Below, one piece after another: positions 24,139-38,159 of a stretch of 64,000 bases of DNA. The stretch lies in assembly GCF_006345805.1 (NCBI RefSeq), contig NC_043010.1, forward strand, positions 22,506,001 through 22,570,000. Direction: 5' to 3'. Positions within the stretch are counted from its first letter, which is position 1. Each line of letters opens with the position of its first letter. This DNA is from Octopus sinensis. Lineage: Eukaryota. The translations under genes and the position numbers were made by a program. The notes below the pieces were generated by a model. It was not told where the DNA came from. It did no database searches and worked only from the letters and a program-made list of their open reading frames with translations.

Positions 24139-24864
24139 ATTCAGTCAAAAGGGTTAGAATATGTGTACCTGTATCATGATATCAAAAGGGCATATAGGGT
24201 ATATCTTGACAAGAACAACAATAAATCGTTTTTAATGCTGGAACTCGAAGTAGATAAGGTTTTAAATAACAGCAGGTAGAATATTGAGTTTAAAAATATC
24301 CTTGGGTGGAAGTCGAAAGCTGGTCATGAGCTTCAATCTGATGTGAACATGACAGACGTTTTACCACTGTACCAAAATTTCTTTCTTCGATTTTAGAAGT
24401 TTTGCTCTTACCAACGAGAATTGCATCTTGTTGATGTTATAAAGATTTTAAAACTTCGGGAGATATAACGTAAACAACAACAGCAGTTTCTCATTTACAT
24501 ACAAAGCTAACAGTATGAAAGGGGCTCGGGAGTAGTGGATTACATTAATCTAAAAACTTGATTGCTATTTTATTGTATGGACCCCGGAATGATGGAAGAC
24601 AAAGGTTGCATTGGCGGGATATGAACTCGGAACATGTATTCCGCAACACATTTCTTTCCTACGCTTTATACTTCTTAAGAAATCCAGCTGCCCTGCATTT
24701 CTTGTAGGGTACGCCACTCCGTGTTCAAAAGGGTATTTCTGTCTCCATATTGTATTGCAAGCTTTGTTATTGGTTTTGTAGTGACTTTAGCTGTTGTTGT
24801 TGTTTCTGTTGTTGCTGTTGCGGCTGCTGCCTCTACAGCTGTACTTGTTTATATCCTTGACAAA

Positions 24865-25754
24865 GGTTGGATATATAATTTAACGATGCAGAGACAAAAC
24901 AATGTGTTCACACAACGTACTTCATAAAACTCCAAAACGCCCTCTCAACGACTCCTACCGATCTCTGTCTCAACCAATACACTACTCTTTATAAACGTTC
25001 GCCTAGCCCATTCTTCCAGTCCTCCAGGAGTAGCAATGACTCTCGTTACAACATCTCCTCCTTTGAAGATTGACTTTTATTGGAAGTTAATATTAGTTTT
25101 ATTTATTTTTCTTTCATCACATCTCCCTTTTTGATATTTTCCTCCTAGAGAAGTTTAATATTTCTTCCGTTTAGGCACTGCTTCCAATCGTTCTGCTTGT
25201 TTCCTCTTTCTTGTTCTGCTACGCCTAGGTTCGATTTCTTCTGGTGTTAGAACATCAAAGGTGTCATAGAACACTTTCATGGGTATCTCTTCTTTTTTCT
25301 ATAAATCTATTTTTCAGCTGATTTAAATGTCTTTTGTATCCCCATTTTCGCTTCTTGTCATATATATAATTCTGCCTATTCTTTTTGTTACTACTTCGTC
25401 TTCCCAACCTTGTCTTCCATTTTTATATATTTTCAAAAAAACCTTGTCACCAATATTAAAATACTTGTCATATTTTTAGTGTTTTCCTTATTTCTTCTTC
25501 GTACTGGTAGCAGCTTGTCAAAAATTGACTTCAGTTTTCGAGCAAACATTAGTTCCGCCGGCGACTTGCCTCAAAAAGAGTACGGGTTCGGTGCGAGTTC
25601 GGTTCGCACCAACACACCGGGTTCGATGCGAATTCAACGCGGAACTAGCACACCGACTCAACGACCCCTACCGACTTCTGTATCAACCAACACGCTACTC
25701 TTTATAAGCGTTCCGCCAGTCTCCTAGGGGGTGTCAATCACTCTCGCCACAACA
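24865..25754 (-). mobile_element. Ty3/Gypsy remnant: LTR-like segment, integrase C-terminus, PPT, 3' LTR
   Basis: Minus-strand GKSPAELMFARKLKSIFDKLLP..WEDEVVTKRIG..HLNQLK; polypurine AAAGGAGGAGA (25054-25064) directly before TGTTGT (25053); a second TGTTGT-starting homologous LTR at 25754; both LTR-like segments contain TATAAA. Confidence 0.75.
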
Positions 25755-27346
25755 AGTTGTCGATTTCTTTTTGTGTATTTTCAGGGTATTGTTGTTAAGC
25801 ATAGAAAAACGTCATCAAAATATAAAAACCCGAAAATAAGTACTTGGCACTAAACTCAGAAAATCTTACCCCTATAAGAAATTGTAGTTTGGGAATAATT
25901 GAAAAAGATGCTGAAAATTGGGGAACCAAAACTTGTAAAGAGATATACATTATGCACCAATATACAGATTCTAGGACTGCCAGGAACCGTACACATATCA
26001 CAGGACAATTCTCATCTATTTATTCATTTTGTAAAGCGTTAACACAACGAGAGATGCAACAACACGAAGAAGAATAATTGTAACATCGACGATGACGATG
26101 GCAAAAGCAACGGCAAGATCAACAACATTTGAAGAATTGTTAGCCGAACGAAACGACATTTTGAAGATACCCGAAACAATTCCGTAAGAGTAAATATGTT
26201 TTGTATATCACCACATTACATGCACACACACACACACACACACGCTTATATGCACACTCACACACACTTGCACACACACGCATACACACACGCATACACA
26301 CATACGCATACACGCATACATATACAGTCACACACACATAAACATACACACACACTCAAATAATGCACACTTACACACACACGCATATACACACACGCGC
26401 GCATACACGCATACACATACAGACACATACATACAGGCATACATACACATACACACACATATACACACACATACTTATACACACATACTATCTCTCACAC
26501 TCATACACACAAACCTTCACAAATATATACACTCACCTACATGCACACGCACGCACACACGTACACTCACATAACGCATTCACACACACTGACTTCCACA
26601 CTTATGCATTCGGACACACACACACACGCGCGCACCCGTATTGCGTGTGTTACATTAGCAGAAGCCGTATAAGTTTGTACAAGTTTCCTATTTCGCATGA
26701 AGATCTGATCTAAAGGAATGAAAAGAGAAGCAAACGGACAAATCCTTTCTTTCGCTAAAACAAATCTTGCTTCCTCGAGTATTTATTCTTCAGTTGGTTT
26801 GGCCAGGACTTCTTCCTCACAATCCCATCTCATCAAATCGCTGTTATTTGAACGATTAAAGAAGCGGGATGGCTCAAAGTCACAGGCAACCCAAGGCTAC
26901 CTATATCCACACTGAACGTACGTACGTATGTATTTTTATATACTTCTGTACTTATGTAGCGTTCGTATCACTGTATGTGTATAACTGTTAGTATATGTAA
27001 GGTATATATGTGTATGTTTTTATTTAGGTATATATATATATATATAATATATATATATATATATAATATATATATATATATATGCAAAAACCTATTTGGT
27101 CCTTATAACGACATACAGTTATATATGCACGACATACAGTTATACATACATACATACATACATACACACATACATACATGCCTATATATATATATATATA
27201 TATGAATTTTATGTAAAGAATAAGACCATTTAGAATAACAATTATATCAAGAGACCCGCTTGGAAAAAACCGTATAGGTAATAATTATTATAGGTATATA
27301 ATATAAATATAATTATACTTCTTTGGTGCCCTTAATTATATATATA

Positions 27347-27435
<89 letters not shown>

Positions 27436-27438
<3 letters not shown>

Positions 27439-28251
27439 CAAAAGGACATTAGCCATTTGAATGTGGCTAGGACAGGGCAGGGCGGTGGGGGTGTTACTGA
27501 TGCATTTAGCCCCAGGCGATCATCAACGTCACCAGATAGGCTGACACCATCACGGTGTCCTCTATCCTACAAAGGGAGATCATTCCCCGAAGAAGCGGAT
27601 GCCACATATGGACCCAGGTTTCAAGGTGTTTGCCTCACGTCAACGTATGGTAGGCACCGCCCCTCGACGAACGACTCTCTGTGCAGGATATTTATATATA
27701 GATTTTCACGTAAATACATTTACTGATTTCGAAAATCTGTTCGACAGCAATAATAATTCTCTAAACGAGATATAGACAGTAACTGCTCCATAACAAAAGG
27801 GACATTTGCCATTTGAATGTGGCTAGGGACAGGGCAGGGCGGTGGGGGTGTTACTGATGCATTTAGCCCCAGGCGATCATCAACGTCACCAGATAGGCTG
27901 ACACCATCACGGTGTCCTCTATCCTGCAAAGGGAGATCATTCCCCGAAGAAGCGGATGCCACATACGGACCCAGGTTTCAAGGTGTTTGCCTCTCGTCAA
28001 CGTATGGTAGGCACCGCCCCTCGACGAACGACTCTCTGTGCAGGATATTTATATATAGATTTTCACGTAAATACATTTACTGATTTCGAAAATCTGTTCG
28101 ACAGCAATAATAATTCTCTAAACGAGATATAGACAGTAACTGCTCCATAACAAAAGGGACATTAGCCATTTGAATGTGGCTAGGGACAGGGCAGGGCGGT
28201 GGGGGTGTTACTGATGCATTTAGCCCCAGGCGATCATCAACGTCACCAGAT
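27436..28251. repeat. Tandem ~356-bp repeat (2.3 copies) at the PLE 5' end
   Basis: Units start TAACAAAAGG at 27436, 27791 and 28148; only a handful of differences. Confidence 0.95.
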
Positions 28252-28936
28252 GGTTTTAGCGAAAAAGTAAAATATACAACCATCACTAGCCCAACAGTAA
28301 GGAAAAGAAATAATAGAAATAGGAAGGTCATCTGGTTTACGCCCCCTTACTCACCCGAGGTGGCCTTCAATATAGGTAAATATTTCCTAGCACTGATAGA
28401 TAGACATTTTCCAGTTAACCATACTTATAGGAAACTCTACAATAGACACAATTTAAAAATTAGTTTTAGTTCAACTACCAATTTTAAAACATAATCACAC
28501 ATAACACAAAAAACACAAGAAAAACAGCTGTTCATGCAGGAATAAAGAATTGTGCCCGCTAAATGGAGCTTGCATGTCCAAGACCATCATATATGAAGCT
28601 ACCGTAAACTCTATAACCACTAAAGACACCGTTTCGACGAAGAAATACGTGGGCTTTACAGAGGGTAATTTCAAGGCCAGGTTCAATAACCACACTTTGA
28701 GCTTTAGGCATTGGAACAAAAGAAAAGCGACACAATTATCTAATCATATTTGGTCTTTAAGAGATAAAGGTGTCGATTATAACATACAATGGAAGATTTT
28801 GGCCAGATGTAAGCCCTATACCAACGGCAGCGGAAGGTGCGGTCTATGCGACATGGAGAGATGGCTTATCTGGAAAAGCAGCTTATACCTTACTACATGT
28901 CTAAACACAAGGACAGTCATGCCCACATGTGACTAA
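28252..28936 (+). pseudogene. PLE ORF C-terminus: linker plus GIY-YIG endonuclease
   Basis: RKVIWFTPPYS..NIGKYFL; CSCRNKELCPLNGAC (CxCx5Cx5C); IIYEATV..YVGFTEGNFKARFNNH; CGLCDMER; LNTR. Interrupted near 28492. Confidence 0.9.
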
Positions 28937-29168
28937 ATTTCTGCTAGGTTTTTGGTCCCCTAAAGAAAACAGATAGAACATGCTTTCTGTGTTATGTCCC
29001 AAGAAGATTTTATATATTTTTATATATTTTTATATATTTTTTATGTATTTTTATATAATTTTTATGACGAAAAATGCGAGCGATGTATAAGTACGCAGGC
29101 AAGCAGAGTTATAACACAGTAATTTCCCTTTATATAACGGTATTTTTTCATAGCGTTTTCAAATAGCC

Positions 29169-29231
29169 AGATAACCGAAGAGATGGTGTTGTGGATTTCC
29201 ACTTCGGCATCTGAAACTCAGAGTTTTATCT
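29169..29231 (+). ncRNA. Hammerhead-like motif in PLE 3' pLTR, U4C core variant (HHR4)
   Basis: AGATAA-CCGAAGA-GATG...CATC-T-GAA-ACTCAGAGT-T|TTATCT; further copies at ~30004-30067 (minus) and ~30093-30154 (plus). Confidence 0.55.
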
Positions 29232-29256
29232 TAACTATCGAGTAATGTAACATATT

Positions 29257-29384
<128 letters not shown>

Positions 29385-29400
29385 TATAATATATATATAT

Positions 29401-29700
29401 AAAATTACTCTTTCTGCAACAGCCTGGGTTTCAGGGGCCCACAGCTTTTTTATATTCTTCCAAAGAGCCTGAGGAACCTGCACAAAGTAGATGTAGGTGT
29501 TTTTAAATCAAACCTGAACTTCTTCCTGTCGAGAGTCTCAGATGAACATACCTCACGGCAAGATGTGCAAATGAGGGTAGCTACATCAAACTCCATTCTT
29601 CACCAAGTGCCACATATTAGAGGAGGCCCTCAGTAATAACAGTGCAGCAAAACGTTGGTGCATCAGCATGGCCACAGCTCTGAGCTGAAACTAGAGAAAA
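29401..29700 (+). mobile_element. CR1/L2-group LINE 3' end
   Basis: Reads [46 protein letters not shown]-stop, then a short 3' UTR shared with the SINE B tail. Confidence 0.75.
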
Positions 29701-29709
29701 ATATATATA

Positions 29710-29876
29710 TACTCTTTTACTTGTTTCAGTCATTTGACTGTGGCCATGCTGGAGCACCGCCTTTAGTCGACCTGAGGCTATAGTAGGTGACACTTGCCCA
29801 AGGTGCCACGAAGTGGGACTGAACGCGGAACCATGTGGTTGGTAAGCAAGCTACTTACCACAGAGCCACTCCTACG

Positions 29877-29880
<4 letters not shown>
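29710..29880 (-). mobile_element. SINE family B, internally deleted
   Basis: Tail and head present, middle missing. Confidence 0.85.
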
Positions 29881-29919
<39 letters not shown>

Positions 29920-29972
29920 ATAAAACGGTAAGATAACAAAAGAAAGAAAGAGACCTCAATATTATGGAAATT

Positions 29973-30183
29973 TATCTATACAATATGTTACATTACTCGG
30001 TAGTCAAGATAAAACTCTGAGTTTCAGATGCCGAAGTGGAAATCCACAACACCATCTCTTCGGTTATTTTTTCATAACGTTTTCAAATAGCCAGATAACC
30101 GAAGAGATGGTGTTGTGGATTTCCACTTCGGCATCTGAACTCAGAGTTTTATCTTGACTACCGAGTAATGTAACATATTGTAT

Positions 30184-30188
<5 letters not shown>
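29973..30188. repeat. Inverted pair of PLE pLTR ends (~95-bp arms, 27-nt spacer)
   Basis: 29973-30067 is the reverse complement of 30095-30188 (1-nt deletion in the right GAAAC); same sequence as 29171-29265. Confidence 0.9.
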
Positions 30189-30228
<40 letters not shown>

Positions 30229-30528
30229 TATATATATCAGCGGTGGTGCCCCAGCATGACCGCAGCCTTCGTGCTAGAACATTTTTAAGGATTTAAGGAT
30301 ATTGAAAGAGAGAGAGAGAGAAAGAAAGAGAGAGTGGTAGATAGATGAATAGATTGTTAGAGAGAGAGAGAGAGAGAGAGATAGAGAGAGAGAGATATGC
30401 AGCTGTATGTCGTATATATATAAGAGCCAACTAGGTTTTTGCATGTTTTCTATTTCCTGTAAATTTATACGGACTATATAAGCACTATGGTGCACTTTGC
30501 TGCAATGTGCATGCGTGTTTGCGTGCAT

Positions 30529-30561
<33 letters not shown>

Positions 30562-31509
30562 TTGTACAAGTGGCCTAAATTCTATGCTATTTTCTATACA
30601 GTACACTTAACATCAGACACTGGACAAGAGCTGCAGAAGAGAAGAATAGACGCTGATATCAGGCCATTTCGTTAGCTGTTCTTTGTTCGCACCCAAATAA
30701 TTCACATCGTTGCGAATATGTCTCTCTATCTTCATGTATGTATGTATGCATGTATGTATGTATGTGTGTGTATGTATGTATGTATGTATGTATGTATGTA
30801 TGTATGTATGTATGTATGTATGTATGTATGTATGTGTGTGTATGTATGTATGTATGTATGTATGTATGTAGATGTGTGTATGTATGCAAGCAGATATGTA
30901 TGTGTATATGCATTTATGTATGTTTGTATATGTGCATGTATGCATGTGCGTATGTGAGTTTGTATGTATGTATGTATGTATGCGTGCATGTATGTGTATA
31001 CGGATGTCTGTCTGTATTCGTGTATGTATATATATATATATGTTTGTGTATATTTGTGTATGTATGCTTGTATATGTATATACGTGTGTATGTATGTTTG
31101 TGTATGTTTGTGTGTGTTTGCGTGTCTATGTACATGCGTATATTGGTATGTTCATACGTATGTATGTACGTACGTACGTATATATGTATGCATGCATGCA
31201 TGTATGCATGTATGTATGTATATCTCACTAATTTTACTCCATCACTCTCCTCTTCGAATCAAAACTCCAGCAAGATCTTTCTTCCAATACCGCTTTTGCT
31301 TCCATTATATATATATATATATGAGTGTGTGTGTGTGTGTTGTGTGTGTGTGCGTGCGTGCGTGTGTGTGTGTGTGTATTTGTCTGTATGGATATAGCGA
31401 AAAAGCTTGGCAGTCCATAATATGCGTTTAGAAGTCAATGAATGTGCAGTGCAGGGTATTGGATATTTAACATTATAGTTAAACGAGGACATGGCATGTT
31501 TCCGCATCC

Positions 31510-31575
<66 letters not shown>

Positions 31576-31693
31576 TTGTCTCCATTTATTTCTCTCTTGC
31601 TCTTCCTACATCTTGCTCACAGATGCACACAAATATACATATTTATGTATAAATATTTGTGTGAGTACATATACATACATACATACATACATA

Positions 31694-31757
<64 letters not shown>

Positions 31758-31788
31758 AAATATACATATATATATATACACACATGCG

Positions 31789-31820
<32 letters not shown>

Positions 31821-32039
31821 CACATCCAAGACACAGAAAACCATGCGCATATACACGATGTAAAATACACGTGTATGTGTTCGTGTGTATGTATAATATA
31901 CGCATGTACACACACGCACACACACACGCACACACACACGCACACACACACGCACAACACACACACACACACATATATGTATATACATATATAGACATAT
32001 AAAGACACATACACACGCACACACACACATATATATATA

Positions 32040-32088
<49 letters not shown>

Positions 32089-32590
32089 GGATACACACAG
32101 GCGCATATAAACTTGTACGAACACAAATACACACATACCGATTCACAAGCATTGAAATCCAAACAGATCCCCCCTCTCTCCAAGGAAGTATATGAACCTT
32201 AAGTACCGTATGTGAACGTCGTACATGCTCGTTTATTAGAATTTAGAGAGAAAAGATGCTTTTCTCCGATAAAAAAACATTTCACGTTAAAAGCTCTATT
32301 TACGCTTTGCTTATCCAAGCGGAAATAAACCTATTAGGGCGTCACGTGTAATCAGTGAGGCTAAAAGTGCCTTTAGCTTTGTTGGCTGTCTTATATATTA
32401 TACCTTATCGCAAGGACTTGATATCATGGTTTATAATTTAGGGAATGTATATACATGCTTGCGTCTGTGTGCGTGTGTTTATGTATATATACATATATAT
32501 GCGTATATATATATATATATATATACATATATATACGTATGTGTATGTGTGTGTATACATATATATATAAATATAAATATATATATATGC

Positions 32591-32635
<45 letters not shown>

Positions 32636-33340
32636 CGTGTGTATATATACAGATATATATATCTGTATATATGCATAGGTATGTTCACATGCAAGTTTAT
32701 TCCTATTTTTCATTCTGTCCCTATCTATCACTCTCTCACTCTATGTATTCCTCTCTCTTTCTCTCACTCACTCTCTCTTTCTCTCACTCTGTCTCTACTA
32801 ATACACACACTCGCATATGCATTCATATGTAGACCACACTATAGTTGAACACTTAAGGAATTTACTTCGTAACCCTGAGGTACTGCGTACGTTCCTACCT
32901 TTTGGCTGGCTAGAGTAAAGGTTATTTTCCATGTTCCTGGGCCACTCATAACCCATAAGAATAATGCTATAAGCGAAGCCTGTATAGAATCTCTTTGAGG
33001 TATTTGTATTTGATGTCACTATATATGTCCCTAACTCAATATGGCAATTACGTTAACGGCAAGCACGTCTCTTGACTGCTGATCCCCTTTCAGGCTCATT
33101 CAGGGGCAGTTAACTCTGTTAATCGAACACGTAAATCCTCGTTGTCAAACGATGGCATTGTTTCCTATATTAACAAAATAGTATCTGAAAATCGTTCTCT
33201 TAAAAAATGACAGGCACGTTCTAGCTATGTTATATCTTAGAGTTGTTTACAGGGTGGATTGAACCATATAAATAATCCACTTTCATGTAGTGATGGCCGT
33301 GTGTGGATGATGGTGGTAGCGATTGTGCTGATAGGGGTGA

Positions 33341-33386
<46 letters not shown>

Positions 33387-33390
33387 GGTG

Positions 33391-33425
<35 letters not shown>

Positions 33426-33449
33426 GTAGTAGTAGTAGTAGTAGTAGTG

Positions 33450-33484
<35 letters not shown>

Positions 33485-33877
33485 TATAGTAGTAGTGGTG
33501 GTGACAGAGGTGTTATTGCTGGTGGCAACACTGGTGTTGCTGTTTTTGATTGTCATGGTGATGTTGATGGTTGCTATTCAAAAAAATAGGGGAGAAAGGT
33601 TCACAATAAATATTGTTATGAAAAATTATAAGAGGAAAAACGTCTTAGAATGTTTGTTATTCTGTAAAATGAAATCAACAATAACAAAAACAAACTGAAT
33701 GCTATAATTCGTAAAATTGTTCCTTATAAAAGTTTATCTTGAAGGCAAGAAACTTATTAAAATTCCATAATAAGATAATTTAATCAGCAGAAGAGGAAAG
33801 TATTCGAAAATACTTTTTCTTTAACTCTCTCGCTTTCTTAAGCGCTTTTTTCCTTCTTCACTTGCTTACATCATATC

Positions 33878-33958
<81 letters not shown>

Positions 33959-33962
33959 GTGT

Positions 33963-34009
<47 letters not shown>

Positions 34010-34157
34010 GGGAAAGATGGATAAAGAGATAGAAAGAAAGACAGATAGATAGATTGAAAGATAGGTATGTTTGTGCATTTTGCGATGCGTACCTTGTGCT
34101 TGTATGAATACAGAAATAGATTTACGTGCATGTGCGTGTGTATGTATGTATATATAT

Positions 34158-34190
<33 letters not shown>

Positions 34191-34192
34191 TA

Positions 34193-34225
<33 letters not shown>

Positions 34226-34275
34226 ATACGTATGTATATATATGTATATATATATATATACTATATATATATGTT

Positions 34276-34314
<39 letters not shown>

Positions 34315-34495
34315 GTATATATATATATATACATATATATATATGTGTATATATTTATATATAAATGTATATATATATATATACATATATATATGTGTGT
34401 ATATATATATATATATATACATATATATATTTATGCATATATATGTACATACACACACACACACATATATATACGACACATATGCATATATATAT

Positions 34496-34533
<38 letters not shown>

Positions 34534-35354
34534 CATGAAGTGTATGTGTTGTGGTTCTCTGTGTGTGTGGAGGGAAAAAGAATTTATAGAGTTGGACAAA
34601 ATAATGTATACCACTTTATTGGCTTCTTTGCGTATGTGGGTTCAAATTCTGCTCTCGGCGTGTTTCCTTTAATCATTTCTCTTCCTTTCGTGTATTTTCA
34701 TTGTGCACACTCCTTGAGTGTTATCATTTCGCTTCCGTTTTCTAATCCGTTTTCATCACACGCTCTGCTTCTCTAACTTCATTTTCTGTTTACTTGTTTC
34801 TCTCTTCCATTCACTTTTCGAAATTTTCATACGAATTACCAATCTCTATTTCTCTCCATATACATGCACACATTTTATATGTACGTATGTATGCATGTTT
34901 CATCCTTTAGGAGGAATAGTTGTTTGTTGCTTCTCGTGTCACGCGTGGCTCATTAGGGCCGGTTTCGAACAGAAATGCGCATGTAGTAACACCATCATCA
35001 CACCTGGATGAATTTTATCCGCTACTGATATATTTCTGTATTTCGTTAAGCTGTACAATTTTGAGAAATGCTATCTCAGGACGAATACAGCAGTAAATCA
35101 GGCTTTCAATAATGTACCTACTTTAAGTATGAGACAGAGATAGCTATGGCGTGTTCCGAAAATTTTTTTTTTATAAAAGTAAGTGTTCTATTTGATATGG
35201 GTCTTTTCTTTGTGTTCAATCGATGATATTTAACAGAATATCTTTAACATTTGGTGACACTTTGTAGACCGAAAGAACGGGCAATAAAGACAATATTGAA
35301 AATGACAATAATGATATCGGTTCTCTGTCGTTCTACGATGAGGATTCATTCTTT

Positions 35355-35610
35355 TGATTCACTGAATTACCATACCTATTTCTTTACTACTCACAAGGGG
35401 CTAAACACAGAGGGACAAACAAGGTTAGACATAGGAATTACGTCGATTACATCGACCCCAGTGCGTAACTGGTACTTAATTTATCGACCCCCGAGAGGAT
35501 GAAAGGCAAAGTCGACCTCGGCGTAATTTGAACACAGAACGTAGCAGTAGACGAAATACTGCTAAGCATTTCGCCCGGCGTGCTAACGTTTCTGCCTGCT
35601 CACCACTGAA
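35355..35610 (-). mobile_element. SINE family A
   Basis: Reverse complement of the family A consensus (GATGAAAGGCAAAGTCGACCTCGGCG..CATTTCGCCCGGCGTGCTAACG). Confidence 0.85.
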
Positions 35611-36167
35611 TTACCATACCCTGAATTAAAATATAAGGAGCTGAGTATTCCACAGATACTTTTAACATTAACGTAATTCACGAGCATATTGAGCATACCA
35701 AAGTCTATGACAAAGTGCTAACTTTGAATTACAAGTTCAATTCATCCGACGGACTTCCATACAGTTTCCGTCGATCTAATTTCACTGACAAAGTTTAGGC
35801 TGACCGGCGTCTGCACTAAATCATATTTCCCTATGATACGATGCTGTGTGATCGAACCCGGAACCTTGTGATTGCTAAACGGACTTCTTGTCTGTTCAGT
35901 CGTAGTGTAGCTGCAAATGAAAACCAAGCAGCCATAGTAACAGTGTCAAAAGCAGAGAAAGACAATGCCGTCAACGCCATCACTAAAGACACAATCATCA
36001 CCACCACCACCACCACGTCCACCGTCAGCAATGCCACAACCACCCTCTGCACCACCACCAACATCACCATCACACCATTTCCATCTTCAAGTACAAGACT
36101 GAAAGAGCAATGTCAACCAGATATGACCCTATCTCCCCACCGTTTTACCATTCCAATATCGCTGCCA

Positions 36168-36295
<128 letters not shown>

Positions 36296-36300
36296 TACTT

Positions 36301-36346
<46 letters not shown>

Positions 36347-36502
36347 ATACATAATACATACACACATATATATATATATACATATATACATACACATAAA
36401 TACACACATATATATATATTTATATATGTATACATACGCATACATATGTGCATGCACATACATACATATATATATATTATCTAATATTTACATTTATGTG
36501 TG

Positions 36503-36593
<91 letters not shown>

Positions 36594-37574
36594 ACTATAT
36601 ATATATTATATATATATACACATAATATCTATAATATATATACATATATGTACGTATATATATGCTTGACAAGAGATGATTCTGACAAAAAGATGGCGGA
36701 AGGTGATCTGACAAAGACAACAAAAAAAAGAAAAGAAAAATGAAACGAAAAGAAAAATAATCTATAAAATAAAAGCATAATGCAAAAAGAAAAAGTAGTC
36801 GATCGCAGAAGAAACAATAGAAAAATGTCGTCGAATAAGCTCTGCTTCTGTTGATGCTAATGTACTTGGTAGCCATTATCATCAACTCTCGTCTCTACGC
36901 GATGTATCCCTGTCTTCTTCCTACACTCTCAGTCGCATGTATTCTACTTGCTTGCTCGCTTGCTACTACCTATCTTACCTGCTGCTGAGACAAGGTATGG
37001 TTTTTACATTTTTGCATTGAGTGAGGTCAGGCTTCAAACGTTACAAGTCGGTTCTGCGGTGCTAGATCGATAGATCGATCGCAAGAGCTACTAGCTTACT
37101 TTTCTTACCGTGACTTCTCTAATGGAAAGAGGGAGATGCTGGAGGGGTGGTTAGTGATGTGTTTCTGATCGCCGTCTTCGTTGACACACACACTCGTAAA
37201 CACACATAAACAAACACACCTACGCACACACGTACACACACAGACATATATATAAATATGCATACATATATATATGCAGACATACGTGCATACATGCATA
37301 CATTCGCATTTACACGCTCCCACATGCATTTTCTCATATATTGTAATACCGAGACAAGTATTGACATACAACTATCCAGATAAAACACACACACACATGC
37401 ATACACACACACACACACACACACACATACACACACACGTACACTCGTACAAGCGCATACTTTAATAGCACCACTTTTGCTACTTACGCAAAAATTTCTC
37501 TTTCTCTATGTCAACCACTCTTTTACTACAAATCTCTCTATTTCTCTCTGTATGTTGTGTGTGTGTGTGTGTGT

Positions 37575-37613
<39 letters not shown>

Positions 37614-37758
37614 TCGTATTTGCATGTTTGTACGTATGTATTTATGTTCGCGTTTAAGAATACAGAAGAAACCATTAAGGAAATTATAATGTAATACAAA
37701 CTATATAAACACAAAATACAGTACTTATGTATATATATAAAATATATATTATATATAC

Positions 37759-37807
<49 letters not shown>

Positions 37808-37970
37808 TACACATACATATTTTCATACATACATGCATACATACATATGTGTGTATGTGTTTGTGTATGTATACATTCATATAAATACGTATTTATGTAT
37901 GTATGTATGTTTGTATGCATATATGAATGTATGTAAGTATTTATGCGTGTATATATGTATCTACGTATGC

Positions 37971-38001
<31 letters not shown>

Positions 38002-38159
38002 CATACGTATACGTTGGATAACGTAGATCAAGACATACTTCGACAACGATGGGATGGTCATGGTTGGCATATCCTTTGTCATAAGTGTACTTGTTTAACC
38101 CAGAATTTACCCTGGTTGCAAACAGAAACATGTTTATTCAGAGTTAGTAATATCTTTTT

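Noticed and set aside
28520-28936. Selenocysteine-type PLE (UGA at conserved Cys, as reported for some Naiads)
   Set aside because: All conserved cysteines here are TGT/TGC codons.
33070-33115. Small hairpin TTGACTGC..CCCT/AGGG..GCAGTTAA (pre-miRNA?)
   Set aside because: Too short and bulged for a pre-miRNA; single occurrence.
33878-33958. (ATCT)n tracts without Tx1 insertion (also 42490-42580)
   Set aside because: Ordinary unoccupied microsatellites; noted only as available target sites.
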